A stretch of 64,000 nucleotides of DNA, taken from NCBI GenBank assembly GCA_001627865.1, contig LUQO01000038.1, positions 10,941 to 74,940 on the forward strand. Direction: 5' to 3'. Below are positions 19,787-29,782 of the stretch, piece after piece. A program made the position numbers and the translations under genes. Source of the stretch: SAR324 cluster bacterium REDSEA-S27_B3. GTDB taxonomy: Bacteria; SAR324; NAC60-12. Position 1 is the stretch's first letter. Each line of letters starts with the position of its first letter. The notes under the pieces were generated by a model. It saw only the letters and a program-made list of their open reading frames with translations. It was not told where the DNA came from and did no database searches.

Positions 19787-22258
19787 ATGCATAGTAAAGA
19801 CAATTTATCAGTTGAACAAGCAAGTATTTTGGAAGAAGAACAGCAGCTTCTGCTCAAGGTAAAACAGGGATTGCTGATTCATGCAGCTGAGGAAAAAAAG
19901 GGAAAAATCAGCAATACACAATTAGAAAATATCATAGAGCTGCGTGATTCCCTTGCTGATACTTTGCCTGAGGATGTGCCTGCTGTAATGGCACAAATGG
20001 AAAGAATGGTTTTGCTGCACACTCAACAGGATTCACATAATAATGAAACTGGTTTTAATCTTGATACTCCATATTTTGCTCATATCCGCCTCAGAGAAAA
20101 CAATCGTGAGCGTGATTTACTGATCGGAAATCAAAACTGCTTTTCCACACACTTACCCTGTGCAATTGTTGACTGGAAAAACGCTCCTATCAGCCAAATA
20201 TTTTATCGGTATCGTGAAGGAGAGGAATATGTTGAAGATATTGGTGAACGTGAAATAGAGGGGGAATTAGTAACAAGGAGAATGTTGCTCATAGAGAATG
20301 GGATTCTCATGAGAATAAATTGGCCAGGAGGAGTTTTGGAAAATCATGCCACGGATCCACGCAATTCAAATAAATGGCATTTGGTTACCCAAAAAGTGCC
20401 ACGGTTGGAAAGTGGAATAGATAATACTCTTGATGATTTTGAATCAACTGAGGAACAGGCTGATGGTACCAAAACAAAATCAAGTATAAATTTTTCACAA
20501 GGTAGAGTTGATAAGCATCTCAGGCAAATAACGGCACTGGTTGATCAACATCAATTTGAAGTTATAACACATTCTGAATCCGGAATAGTTTTGATTCAAG
20601 GAGGTGCAGGTTCCGGTAAAACTACAGTTGCGCTTCATAGACTGGCTTATTTGATGTCAAAAAAACCCCAGTATTTTAAACCGAAAACTGTGCTTCCGGT
20701 TGTTTTTGGTCCTGCCTTAGCGAACTATATGTCAAAGGTTTTACCAGCGTTGGGCGTTCAGGGTGTCAAACCCCGTACTTATCATAAATGGGTATCAGGT
20801 CTTCGACGTCGCGCGCTGCCGGAACTTCCTTTGAATTATGCTGAAAACACTCCAATGGATGTGATAGAGCTGAAACGCCATCCGCTATGGCTGAGATATT
20901 ACCGTGAGGAAGTACAGAAACGAACGAATTATTTCCGGGAACTATTTGAAGAAAAGCTTTCAAAAGTTGAGGGATTGGATGTATTACTGAAGGCATGGGA
21001 TTCAATGCAGGACCTGCCTTTAATTCCACGTTTGCTGAGATTGGTACGATGGTCTCACGGTGAAGTTTCAATCAATGATGTACCTATGCTGTCCAGTGTC
21101 AGATTGGAAAAACAGCTGGAAAATCTTTTGGAGCAAACCTTTCCTGAGTTAATGGAAGCACCGCATTTGCTAACAACTCAAATATGGAATGATTGTCTTG
21201 TCCGTAAAGAAATGTTAATTGAGACAGTTGAGCGTCTTGCTCCAGGAGAATTTACTGAAACACAGCTCAATAGCGTCTGTACATGGGCTGTCAGACAATA
21301 TCAAAAGCGGCAGGAATTAGAAGAAGCTGTTCAAACTGAAAGTGATTCTGCAGCTGGTCAGTCTGAAGAATCGGAGAATATGGATTTAAGTTTCATGGAT
21401 GAAAAATCTTTGTTAGATGAAGAAGATGACACGCTTTTACTTTTGCTTTACCAGCTTCTGATGGGGCCTTTGAAACGCAAAAACGGCAGACAACTTATCT
21501 ACACTCATTTAATGCTTGATGAAGCGCAGGATTTTGGGGCGCTTGAGTTTCAGCTTTTAGTCAGTCTTACTCCGGAAAAAATGATTAGTGTTTCATTGGC
21601 CGGTGATTTGGATCAGCGAATAATGCTTGGACGCAAACATGAAACGTGGGAAGAATCTCTTGGTCATTTGATTTTGCCTGACGGTTCAAAACCGGATGTA
21701 ACTGCCCTGGCTCCTTTACAAATAGGTTACCGATCAACAAACGAGATAATGTCTGCCGCAAAAAATGTGATTGGTGAACATAGTGTAAATACAGTATGGC
21801 ACTCAACTCGACATGGTGCTCCGGTTGATGTTTTTCGTTTCCGGGAACGTGGTGCGATGATTGCGTTTCTTTCCGACACATTGCATGATTTGTCTGTACG
21901 TGAACCTCTTGCAAGTGTCGCAATACTTACACGTACTCCGGAAACAGCGCAAAGCTTGTATGAAGGCTTGAAGCGCACAGACCTTGCTGATTTTCGTTTG
22001 ATCAGCGAACAGGAGTTTACATTCACACCAGGAGTTGATGTGACAGATATCACTCAAACAAAAGGGCTGGAATTTGATTCAGTGATCATTGCTGATGCGG
22101 ATGCATCCACTTATGGTCCTGATATTCGTTCCAGACAATTGCTTTATGTGGGAGTAACTCGTGCCTCACATCAGCTTTGGCTGTTGCATTGTGGAAATCC
22201 ATCTTCTTTGATCACTGGAATCAAAGAAGAGTCCCAAACACAGAATGCCGAATTTTGA
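19787..22258 (+). CDS. UvrD/Rep superfamily-1 helicase, HelD/helicase-IV-like
   Basis: Walker A GGAGSGKTTVALHRLAYL, motif II LMLDEAQDF, C-terminal ..GLEFDSVII.. and ..LYVGVTRASHQL... Long N-terminal non-helicase region as in HelD-type proteins. Confidence 0.75.
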   Translation: MHSKDNLSVEQASILEEEQQLLLKVKQGLLIHAAEEKKGKISNTQLENIIELRDSLADTLPEDVPAVMAQMERMVLLHTQQDSHNNETGFNLDTPYFAHIRLRENNRERDLLIGNQNCFSTHLPCAIVDWKNAPISQIFYRYREGEEYVEDIGEREIEGELVTRRMLLIENGILMRINWPGGVLENHATDPRNSNKWHLVTQKVPRLESGIDNTLDDFESTEEQADGTKTKSSINFSQGRVDKHLRQITALVDQHQFEVITHSESGIVLIQGGAGSGKTTVALHRLAYLMSKKPQYFKPKTVLPVVFGPALANYMSKVLPALGVQGVKPRTYHKWVSGLRRRALPELPLNYAENTPMDVIELKRHPLWLRYYREEVQKRTNYFRELFEEKLSKVEGLDVLLKAWDSMQDLPLIPRLLRLVRWSHGEVSINDVPMLSSVRLEKQLENLLEQTFPELMEAPHLLTTQIWNDCLVRKEMLIETVERLAPGEFTETQLNSVCTWAVRQYQKRQELEEAVQTESDSAAGQSEESENMDLSFMDEKSLLDEEDDTLLLLLYQLLMGPLKRKNGRQLIYTHLMLDEAQDFGALEFQLLVSLTPEKMISVSLAGDLDQRIMLGRKHETWEESLGHLILPDGSKPDVTALAPLQIGYRSTNEIMSAAKNVIGEHSVNTVWHSTRHGAPVDVFRFRERGAMIAFLSDTLHDLSVREPLASVAILTRTPETAQSLYEGLKRTDLADFRLISEQEFTFTPGVDVTDITQTKGLEFDSVIIADADASTYGPDIRSRQLLYVGVTRASHQLWLLHCGNPSSLITGIKEESQTQNAEF

Positions 22259-22266
22259 AAAAAGCA

Positions 22267-23532
22267 ATGCAGCCGATTATTAACAGTCAAATTAGCAGTT
22301 TAAAAGAATCAGCAACTCTTTCGATCAATCAGCATGCATTAAAACTGCGCAATGAAGGTCGGGATATTTGTCACTTGGGATTTGGTGAATCACCTTTTCC
22401 TGTTCCTGATCCGATGCAGGTTGCTTTGAGGGAAAATTCACATCGTAAGCAATACATCACAGGAAAAGGGCTGCCCGAATTACGGAAAGCTGTTGCTGAT
22501 TTTTTCCATAATAAATTTGGCTATAACTATGCTGCTGAAAATGTCTTCATTGGTCCAGGCAGTAAAGAACTGATTTTTCAGCACGTTTACTTATTGGAGG
22601 GGCCTCTTATGGTTCCCACTCCCAGCTGGGTCAGCTATGGTCCACAGGCAAATATACGCTCAAAATTATTTATTACGATTCCAACTGACATCAAAAACGG
22701 ATATCGGTTACAAGCAGAGGAATTAGATGAAACATTTTCACGCCAAAAATTTCTACAATCGATTCTGATTCTTAATAATCCAAACAATCCATCTGGAAGT
22801 GTACACTCTTCAGATGAATTACAGGATTTAGCGGAAGTTTGCAGGAAACATGGAGTAATAGTTATTTCTGATGAGATTTATGCCCTGACTAAATTTGGCA
22901 GCCAATCCTTTGAAGGAATCGCTAAATATTATCCTGAAGGAACAATTACCACAAGTGGCATATCAAAAGCATTTTCTGCCGGGGGATGGCGGCTTGGTTT
23001 TGCCATGATCCCAAATGAGTTATCTGAAATTGTGCCGCCGCTTAGTGCGTTTGTAAGTGAAACATTCAGTTGTGTCAGTGCTCCTGTTCAGTATGGCTCT
23101 CTGCCCGCATTCGAAAATTATGAAAATGTCAGGAAACATGTTGAGCTTTGCCGTGATATACATGAAGCAGCCGGAGAATTTTTGCATCAAAGATTTATCG
23201 AGATCGGATTGAATTGCCCAAAACCTCAAGGGGCATTTTATCTGTTGCCTGATTTTGAAAATATTAAAGAAAAACTTAAATCTCAAGGTGTTCAAACAAG
23301 TGTTGAATTAACCAAACGCCTTTTGGATGAAGCAGGTGTTGCTCTCCTTCCAGCTTCAGACTTTTACTTTCCGGATGATTTTCTAGGTGTACGTGTTGCC
23401 AGCGTGGATTATAATGGTGCACAGGTTTTGCGGGAATTCCCTGTCAATAAACAGTTGACTCAGGAAGGGAAAGCTAAACTGTTTCCTAAATTAGCTGAAG
23501 CCTGTGATCGGATTGAAACCTGGCTTAAATGA
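22267..23532 (+). CDS. class I/II PLP-dependent aminotransferase (aspartate aminotransferase-like)
   Basis: ..LNNPNNPSG.., PLP-lysine block SGISKAFSAGGWRLG. Start moved to the ATG at 22267 to remove overlap with the helicase 3' end. Confidence 0.8.
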   Translation: MQPIINSQISSLKESATLSINQHALKLRNEGRDICHLGFGESPFPVPDPMQVALRENSHRKQYITGKGLPELRKAVADFFHNKFGYNYAAENVFIGPGSKELIFQHVYLLEGPLMVPTPSWVSYGPQANIRSKLFITIPTDIKNGYRLQAEELDETFSRQKFLQSILILNNPNNPSGSVHSSDELQDLAEVCRKHGVIVISDEIYALTKFGSQSFEGIAKYYPEGTITTSGISKAFSAGGWRLGFAMIPNELSEIVPPLSAFVSETFSCVSAPVQYGSLPAFENYENVRKHVELCRDIHEAAGEFLHQRFIEIGLNCPKPQGAFYLLPDFENIKEKLKSQGVQTSVELTKRLLDEAGVALLPASDFYFPDDFLGVRVASVDYNGAQVLREFPVNKQLTQEGKAKLFPKLAEACDRIETWLK

Positions 23533-23658
23533 ATGTCCTGACATTCAAAACCTGCTGTGAATTTATTTATCATTTATGAAAAACAGCAAAGATCCTTTAC
23601 TGAAAATTTCATTAAAAGTATTTATGCACTTAATTTGTACATTGTATAAACGAAAAAC

Positions 23659-23674
23659 AGGCACTTTTCATGCA
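23659..23674 (+). promoter_or_regulatory. candidate sigma-54 (-24/-12) promoter upstream of the bactofilin gene
   Basis: aGGCACttttcaTGCA has GG and GC at consensus spacing (TGGCAC-N5-TTGCA), about 50 nt upstream of ATG 23725. Near-identical to the site at 33754. Confidence 0.4.
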
Positions 23675-23724
23675 GGATTTCCTTTAATTACTCACTATAA
23701 ACTTACTTTGATAATCAATAATAA

Positions 23725-24063
23725 ATGAAACTGGTTAAAGGTTATCTGGGACAGGATGTTCAAATGGAAGGGAGCATCTCAAGCAGTGAAAGTATCAGGA
23801 TTGACGGAACATATATCGGAAGTATATCAAGTGATCATTCTGTTACAGTGGGTGTTTTGGGAAAAGTGAAAGGTCAAATAGAAGCACCATTGATCCAGAT
23901 AGATGGCTGGGTTGAAGGAAGTCTAAGAGCCTCGAAACTGGTGGAAGTTTTGAAAAATGCACGAATAGAGGGTGACATTTTCACACCATCCGGAGGATTG
24001 AAAATAATGATTGGTGGTGAATTTGAGGGAAATTTCGTCATGGAATCTGCAAGCCAGTTTTGA
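23725..24063 (+). CDS. bactofilin (polymer-forming cytoskeletal protein, DUF583)
   Basis: Repetitive beta-helix pattern ..MEGSI..IRIDGTYIGSI..VTVGVLGKVKGQI..IQIDGWVEGSL..ARIEGDI..GEFEGNF.., typical of bactofilins. 112 aa. Confidence 0.8.
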   Translation: MKLVKGYLGQDVQMEGSISSSESIRIDGTYIGSISSDHSVTVGVLGKVKGQIEAPLIQIDGWVEGSLRASKLVEVLKNARIEGDIFTPSGGLKIMIGGEFEGNFVMESASQF

Positions 24064-24085
24064 GCAGACAGCAATCAAATGATAT

Positions 24086-24715
24086 TTAAACAGCTCTGTT
24101 TGGTGCAGGTGTGTTTATATTTCCGCTAATATTGTTTTTTGCTAATGTTGGGGAAGTGGAAGGAACTTGTTGTAAAGGATTTGGTGTATCTACAGCCGCT
24201 TTTTTGACAGCCGATTTCTCAGATGTGGATTGTAAAGCAGATCGTGCAGTGTAAGTTTTCGATACAGGCTTACTGTCAGTCCTCATAAGATCAGCAAATT
24301 TTGGTTCTCTCAAAAATCTTAGTAATACCGCAGATTTGTCTTCATTTCTAATATCATTCGTGATCAGCTCCGGGAGATCATCTAAATTATTCAATTCAAG
24401 CATTTCCACTGCAGGAAGTTTCATCAGTGTTTGTTTGTCGACCTCATTCATTGCGTCAATTTGTTTTTTAATTGCTCCGGCAAAGCCTTCGATAGCGGCA
24501 TCTGGTAATTTGTTCTGAATCAGCAAATTTTCTACTCTTGAGAGAACTTTTAAGTATTGTGAAGTCTCATTCTGTGAAGCTCCAGTCTCTGCTGATTTTG
24601 TTTCAGATTTAACTGAATGAGTTTTGGAACTTAAGTAAGATGGCGATTCATGGCTTCTTACCTGACGCTCCAAGCCAGTCTGTTTTTCAGAGACAGTATT
24701 TGATGTAACTTGCAT
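24086..24715 (-). CDS. hypothetical Ser/Thr/Lys-rich protein
   Basis: 209-aa ORF, low-complexity ends and a helical middle. No recognisable motif. Convergent with the bactofilin gene. Confidence 0.45.
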   Translation of the reverse strand: MQVTSNTVSEKQTGLERQVRSHESPSYLSSKTHSVKSETKSAETGASQNETSQYLKVLSRVENLLIQNKLPDAAIEGFAGAIKKQIDAMNEVDKQTLMKLPAVEMLELNNLDDLPELITNDIRNEDKSAVLLRFLREPKFADLMRTDSKPVSKTYTARSALQSTSEKSAVKKAAVDTPNPLQQVPSTSPTLAKNNISGNINTPAPNRAV

Positions 24716-24920
24716 ATTTAATCATTTATTTGAGTTCAATATGGCTCTTCAAACTTAATTGAACAAGTTTCCAGGCACTTCCCGGGACTATTTCAGGAAT
24801 TCAATATTTAAGCCACGAGGATTTTTGAATTTTGATTTTCAAATCTGTCTCAAACTTGATCTCATGAAGTGCTGAACTGAAAATCAGGCATTCAATTTCT
24901 TGGGGATAAAAATATAAAAA

Positions 24921-25712
24921 ATGAAAAGATACAAATGGAACGCGCAGGATTATGAGAAACACTCTCAAGCGCAACAAAAATGGGCAAGAGAACTTATTGA
25001 AAGTTTATCGCTTCGTGGAATAGAGGATGTCCTTGATTTAGGTTGCGGTGACGGCAAAGTGACTGCTGAAATTTCCAAATTAGTCTCTAAAGGTGCAGTT
25101 ATTGGAGTTGATAATTCTCAGTCGATGATAGAACTTGCTTCAGAAAGATATCCTTTAACACAATACACAAATCTGTCATTCCAGGAAATGGATGCCAGGA
25201 ATTTGAATTTTGATGAATGTTTTAATCTTATCTTTTCAAATGCAGCATTGCATTGGGTCAAGGAACAAAAACCGGTTATTGAAGGAATGTACAAAGGCTT
25301 AAAGCAAGGAGGAAAGATACTCCTGCAGATGGGTGGTAAGGGAAACGCTGCAGAAATGGTGAGGGCACTATCAGAAATTCAATCAGAGTCAGAATGGCAT
25401 TCATATTTTATGAATTTTGATTTCCCTTTTGGTTTTCACAGTAAAGATGAATATGAAACAAATTTACTGCAAACCGGTTTCAATGTTACTCGGATAGAGC
25501 TTGTTCCAAAGGATATGGAACATGCCGGAAAGGCCGGATTGAAAGGATGGATTAGAACTACATGGTTACCGTATACTGAACGAGTTCCTGAAGAAAAAAG
25601 AGAAAAATTCATTGATGCTGTTTCTGAAAAATATATTGAAAACAACCCAATTGATTCAAAAGGCAATGTACATGTAAACATGATAAGACTTGAAGTTGAA
25701 GCAGAGAAATAA
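24921..25712 (+). CDS. class I SAM-dependent methyltransferase (trans-aconitate methyltransferase-like)
   Basis: ..W.A..Y.KHS.AQ..WA.. N-terminus as in Tam-like proteins and SAM motif I VLDLGCGDG. Confidence 0.75.
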   Translation: MKRYKWNAQDYEKHSQAQQKWARELIESLSLRGIEDVLDLGCGDGKVTAEISKLVSKGAVIGVDNSQSMIELASERYPLTQYTNLSFQEMDARNLNFDECFNLIFSNAALHWVKEQKPVIEGMYKGLKQGGKILLQMGGKGNAAEMVRALSEIQSESEWHSYFMNFDFPFGFHSKDEYETNLLQTGFNVTRIELVPKDMEHAGKAGLKGWIRTTWLPYTERVPEEKREKFIDAVSEKYIENNPIDSKGNVHVNMIRLEVEAEK

Positions 25713-25766
25713 TGACAGTTGCCCGGAAGTACTCTTACACTCAAAAATAAATTCGAATACCAATAT

Positions 25767-26498
25767 ATGCTGTTGATTCCTGCTATTGATTTGAAAAACG
25801 GTTCATGTGTAAGGCTTCTTCAGGGAGACGCTGATGCGGAAACAGTGTATTCCGATGATCCTGTTTCAACGGCCTGCTCATTTGAAAAAGCAGGAGCAAA
25901 ACGCTTACATCTGGTTGATCTGGATGGTGCGTTTCAAGGTAAAGGTGCCAATTTACCCAGCATACGAGCAATTCTGCAGAACGTTTCCATTCCTGTTCAA
26001 ATAGGAGGTGGTTTGCGTTCAGCGGAAGACATTGACAGAATGCTGGCGCTTGGGGTTTCATCTGTTATTGTTGGAACAATGGCTGTCAAGCATCCTGATG
26101 TTCTTGAAAATCTCATAAAAATTTACCCTGAAGACAAAATTATTCTTGGAATTGACTCACGGAACCGTAAAGTTGCTGTTGAAGGCTGGAAGGAAGGGAC
26201 TGAAATTGACGATGTCGAATTTGCCTTAAGCTGGAAAAAATCTGGTATAACAAGAGTAGTTTATACGGACATTTCCCGTGATGGAATGCTTAGCGGACCA
26301 AATATGTCAGCCCTGCGGAATATTGCACAGCAAACCGGATTAAAAATAGTTGCATCAGGAGGAGTTTCTTCGATGCATGACCTTGATCAGCTTAAAACTC
26401 TTGAAGCAGTCGGTGTGGATCAGGTGATCAGTGGGAAAGCGATTTATGAAGGTAAATTTGATCTAAATGAAGTTTTCAAATGCTGGCAAAACGAATAA
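25767..26498 (+). CDS. hisA: ProFAR isomerase HisA
   Basis: [21 protein letters not shown].., ..VDLDGA.., ..GGG(L)RS.., ..SGGVSS... Start at the ATG at 25767. 19-nt overlap with hisF. Confidence 0.9.
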   Translation: MLLIPAIDLKNGSCVRLLQGDADAETVYSDDPVSTACSFEKAGAKRLHLVDLDGAFQGKGANLPSIRAILQNVSIPVQIGGGLRSAEDIDRMLALGVSSVIVGTMAVKHPDVLENLIKIYPEDKIILGIDSRNRKVAVEGWKEGTEIDDVEFALSWKKSGITRVVYTDISRDGMLSGPNMSALRNIAQQTGLKIVASGGVSSMHDLDQLKTLEAVGVDQVISGKAIYEGKFDLNEVFKCWQNE

Positions 26499-27280
26499 TT
26501 CCTTGTCTGGATATAAAAGAGGGGCGAGTGGTAAAAGGCACAAGCTTTGTAGGCTTGCGCGACGCGGGGGATCCGCTGGAGTTGGCCCAGCGTTATAATG
26601 AGCAGTCTGCGGATGAACTTGTTTTTCTTGACATCACTGCTTCAAAAGAAAAACGTGGAACAACAATTGGGCTGGCAACTCGCTTGGCACGTGAATTGTT
26701 TATCCCTTTCACTATAGGAGGTGGCATTTCAACGCTTGAAGAAATACATGCCCTAGTGAACGCCGGTGCAGATAAAGTATCAGTAAATTCTTCAGCAATC
26801 AGAAATCCGGATCTTATAACAGAAGGTGCAAAACGATTTGGATCGCAATGTATTGTTGTGGCGATTGATGCCAGAAAACGTGTTTTGGACTCAAATAATC
26901 AAAATACTGAACATCATAACTCAAATTGGGAAGTCTTCAGTCACGGAGGAAGCCGTTCTACAGGATTAGATGCGGTTGCCTGGGCCAATGAAGTTGAGTT
27001 GCGGGGCGCAGGTGAAATTCTACTTACCAGTATGGATGCTGACGGACATCAGGATGGGTATGAACTAGAATTAACTGCGGCTGTGAGCGGTGCACTGCAT
27101 ATTCCCGTTATTGCCTCTGGAGGTGGAGGAGAATTTGAACATTTTCGGGATGCTCTTACAATTGGTAAGGCTGATGCTGTTTTGGCAGCATCTGTGTTTC
27201 ATTTTGGGAAATACACCGTATCTCAGGTAAAAGATTATCTCAATTCGCAAAATATTCCGGTTCGCCAGGTACTAAACTAA
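26480..27280 (+). CDS. hisF: imidazole glycerol phosphate synthase, cyclase subunit HisF
   Basis: [20 protein letters not shown].., ..[11 protein letters not shown].., ..GGGI.., ..[13 protein letters not shown].., ..ASGGGG.. canonical HisF blocks. Confidence 0.9.
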   Translation: MLAKRIIPCLDIKEGRVVKGTSFVGLRDAGDPLELAQRYNEQSADELVFLDITASKEKRGTTIGLATRLARELFIPFTIGGGISTLEEIHALVNAGADKVSVNSSAIRNPDLITEGAKRFGSQCIVVAIDARKRVLDSNNQNTEHHNSNWEVFSHGGSRSTGLDAVAWANEVELRGAGEILLTSMDADGHQDGYELELTAAVSGALHIPVIASGGGGEFEHFRDALTIGKADAVLAASVFHFGKYTVSQVKDYLNSQNIPVRQVLN

Positions 27281-27297
27281 ACATCAAGAAATTAACA

Positions 27298-27882
27298 ATG
27301 TCCACCAATCCAGGAAAATTCATTTATGTGTGCGTAGCCTTGGCGGTGATTGTTGTGGTTTATGCCAGTGGAGTGCAGGAAATTTATGCAGAAAAAGATA
27401 AGTATTTGCGTTCAACCAATAAGCGTCTCTGGTCAATAATTTATGGTAAAGAACCTGTAAAGAAGTCATCTTTTTCAGCAGAAGAGGTTCGAGTATCAGC
27501 ACCAAAAAAGGAACATCTGGAACCTCCTCCGCCAAGGAAAATATACAAACAAATTCCTGCCAGGCATCTGAAAAACCTGCTGGAAGCCCCACCTGATTAC
27601 AAGAAATTTGAGAAAGAATCCCGGAAAACACGCTCAACAAGCGCAAAAGGCCGTCCGGAAGACTTTCATGAAGATCCGAATGCCATAAAGAAATTTTGTG
27701 AGGTACGAGTTACAACTGCTTTTTGTATTCGTCGATACAAGAGTCGCTATACATACTTTGGCAACACTCCAAGGAAACATCCTCGTGAGTTAGATTACAG
27801 CGATAAAACTACATTAAAGAAAAAGAATGAATCCAAAGAATTTGTTAATAATTTGATGAAGAGTCAAAACAGCCAAAATTAA
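27298..27882 (+). CDS. hypothetical basic membrane-anchored protein
   Basis: 194 aa, one N-terminal TM (FIYVCVALAVIVVVYA), Lys/Arg/Pro-rich remainder, no recognisable domain. Packed between hisF (17-nt gap) and nnr (abutting TAA-ATG). Confidence 0.5.
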   Translation: MSTNPGKFIYVCVALAVIVVVYASGVQEIYAEKDKYLRSTNKRLWSIIYGKEPVKKSSFSAEEVRVSAPKKEHLEPPPPRKIYKQIPARHLKNLLEAPPDYKKFEKESRKTRSTSAKGRPEDFHEDPNAIKKFCEVRVTTAFCIRRYKSRYTYFGNTPRKHPRELDYSDKTTLKKKNESKEFVNNLMKSQNSQN

Positions 27883-29478
27883 ATGGATTCCCAGGATCGA
27901 AAATTGATCAGACTTGCAGATGCCCGTTCCATGCGCGAAATGGATCGTCACGCAATTGAAGATTTGGGAATTTCAGGTGCAGTTTTAATGGAAAACGCCG
28001 CCCGAAGTGTAGCAGACTGGTTAGAAGAAAATAAGTTAAAACAGCAGCCTGAAGCAAAAGTGGTTGTTTGCTGCGGCAAGGGCAACAACGGCGGTGACGG
28101 CTTTGCAATTGCCCGTCTTTTAGCAAATAGAGGTTATAACATCAGTGTTGTTGATGCAGGAAAAGCTGGCAAAAAGGATGCGCTGCAAAACCAGCTGTTG
28201 TGGGAACAATTTGGCGTAAGTGCTTCGTTTCCGGACGCAAATGCCACCCGCATGATTGTAGAAGCAGATGTCCTGATAGATGCAATTTTTGGTGTCGGTA
28301 TGGAACAGCCGATCGAGGGAGCATATAAAGAATGGATTGAAATCTTTAATTCAAACAATAATGCGCTGAAAATTGCTGTGGATATTCCTTCAGGAGTATC
28401 AACGGATGAAAGCAGGATTCTTGGAGTTGCAGCACGTTGTCAGCATACCATTACATTTCAGGCGGGAAAGCCAGGATGTTTTCAGCATCCCGGAGCACAG
28501 TATTCCGGAAAAGTTCTCATTTGTGATATTTCCATTCCTGAGCATTTGCCCGAAAGTGTGTCTATAGATCAGGATGAACCTGAAAGGCAAGCAGACATTC
28601 ATTCAGCCGGCACATATTTACTGACAAAAGAATTTATCAGGGATTTAATTCCGGAACGTCTTCCGGATTCACATAAAGGAAATTTTGGTCATTTAATCAC
28701 AGTCTGCGGTTCTGCCGGAATGGGTGGTGCGGCAAACCTTGCCTCAATGGCCGCACTTAAAAGCGGCGCTGGTTTAGTTACAGCATGTGTGCCCAACGAA
28801 CTGCTCGATCGCCTCCCTGGACAGGCTCCGGAAATCATGACAGTAACTCCTCACAATGCTCCGGAGTATTTCACTGAAGAGCATGCTGATTTTGTAGAAC
28901 AGCTTGCTGAAGCACGGGATGCTGTGGTGCTCGGTTGCGGTTTGGGAGTTCATTCCCAGACTACCGGATTTGTTCAGCAGCTGACAAAGCAGCTTGAAGG
29001 TCCGTTACTGATCGACGCGGACGGACTTAATAATCTGGATGAAGAAACTCTAAAGGAAAGGCATGGAACAGCAGTTATCACTCCACATCCGCGTGAATTA
29101 TCAAGACTCTCCGGACAGAGTGTAAGCGAAATCCAGGAAAACAGAATTTCGACTGTAAGAAGACTCTCTCAGGAATGGAATGTTGTGCTTTTGCTGAAAG
29201 GAGCTTTGACTGTGATAGGAAGTCCGGATGCAAACATATTTATTAATCCCACCGGGAATTCAGCATTGTCCACCGCCGGTTCCGGAGATGTTCTGAGCGG
29301 TTTCATTGGAGGTTTTCTGGCGCAGGGACTGTCTCCATTATATGCCACTTTAACCGGCACCTACCTTCACGGGCTTGCGGCTGAGTGTTTTGTTCAACAA
29401 ACCGGCTCAAACTACATGGTTGCCAGCGATCTTTTTGAAGGCTTGCCTTTGGCAAGAAATGCTATCAAAATCCATTAA
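27883..29478 (+). CDS. nnr: bifunctional NAD(P)H-hydrate repair enzyme (epimerase + ADP-dependent dehydratase)
   Basis: YjeF_N motif CGKGNNGGDGF and C-terminal carbohydrate-kinase-like block ..GHLITVCGSAGMGGAA.. / ..TAGSGDVLSG... Confidence 0.85.
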   Translation: MDSQDRKLIRLADARSMREMDRHAIEDLGISGAVLMENAARSVADWLEENKLKQQPEAKVVVCCGKGNNGGDGFAIARLLANRGYNISVVDAGKAGKKDALQNQLLWEQFGVSASFPDANATRMIVEADVLIDAIFGVGMEQPIEGAYKEWIEIFNSNNNALKIAVDIPSGVSTDESRILGVAARCQHTITFQAGKPGCFQHPGAQYSGKVLICDISIPEHLPESVSIDQDEPERQADIHSAGTYLLTKEFIRDLIPERLPDSHKGNFGHLITVCGSAGMGGAANLASMAALKSGAGLVTACVPNELLDRLPGQAPEIMTVTPHNAPEYFTEEHADFVEQLAEARDAVVLGCGLGVHSQTTGFVQQLTKQLEGPLLIDADGLNNLDEETLKERHGTAVITPHPRELSRLSGQSVSEIQENRISTVRRLSQEWNVVLLLKGALTVIGSPDANIFINPTGNSALSTAGSGDVLSGFIGGFLAQGLSPLYATLTGTYLHGLAAECFVQQTGSNYMVASDLFEGLPLARNAIKIH

Positions 29479-29782
29479 TCCAACAATATTGCGATTTACG
29501 TAATCGTTCTTCAAATCTTTTCCTTAAAACAAATACAACTCCCTCTAATAGAAAACTTTTTTTCTGAGCGTTAACACGAATAATTGTGATAGGCGCCATA
29601 ATTTTGTATACAAGATAAACATGCTGCTTTCTTCTATCACATTCTTGATAGCATAAGCTCATTCTTTTCAGTCTTGAAGTTATTATGATGGGAAAAGAAA
29701 AAAGCTTGAAACTCTACAGTTAAATGCTGAAAACAGTAAGCGCGAAATAATAACTTAAACTTCTATGCTGGAAAAGGACACC

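Noticed and set aside
29479-29520. Imperfect palindrome cgatttacgtaatcg after nnr, considered as a terminator.
   Set aside because: Only a 5-bp stem with no convincing downstream T-tract.
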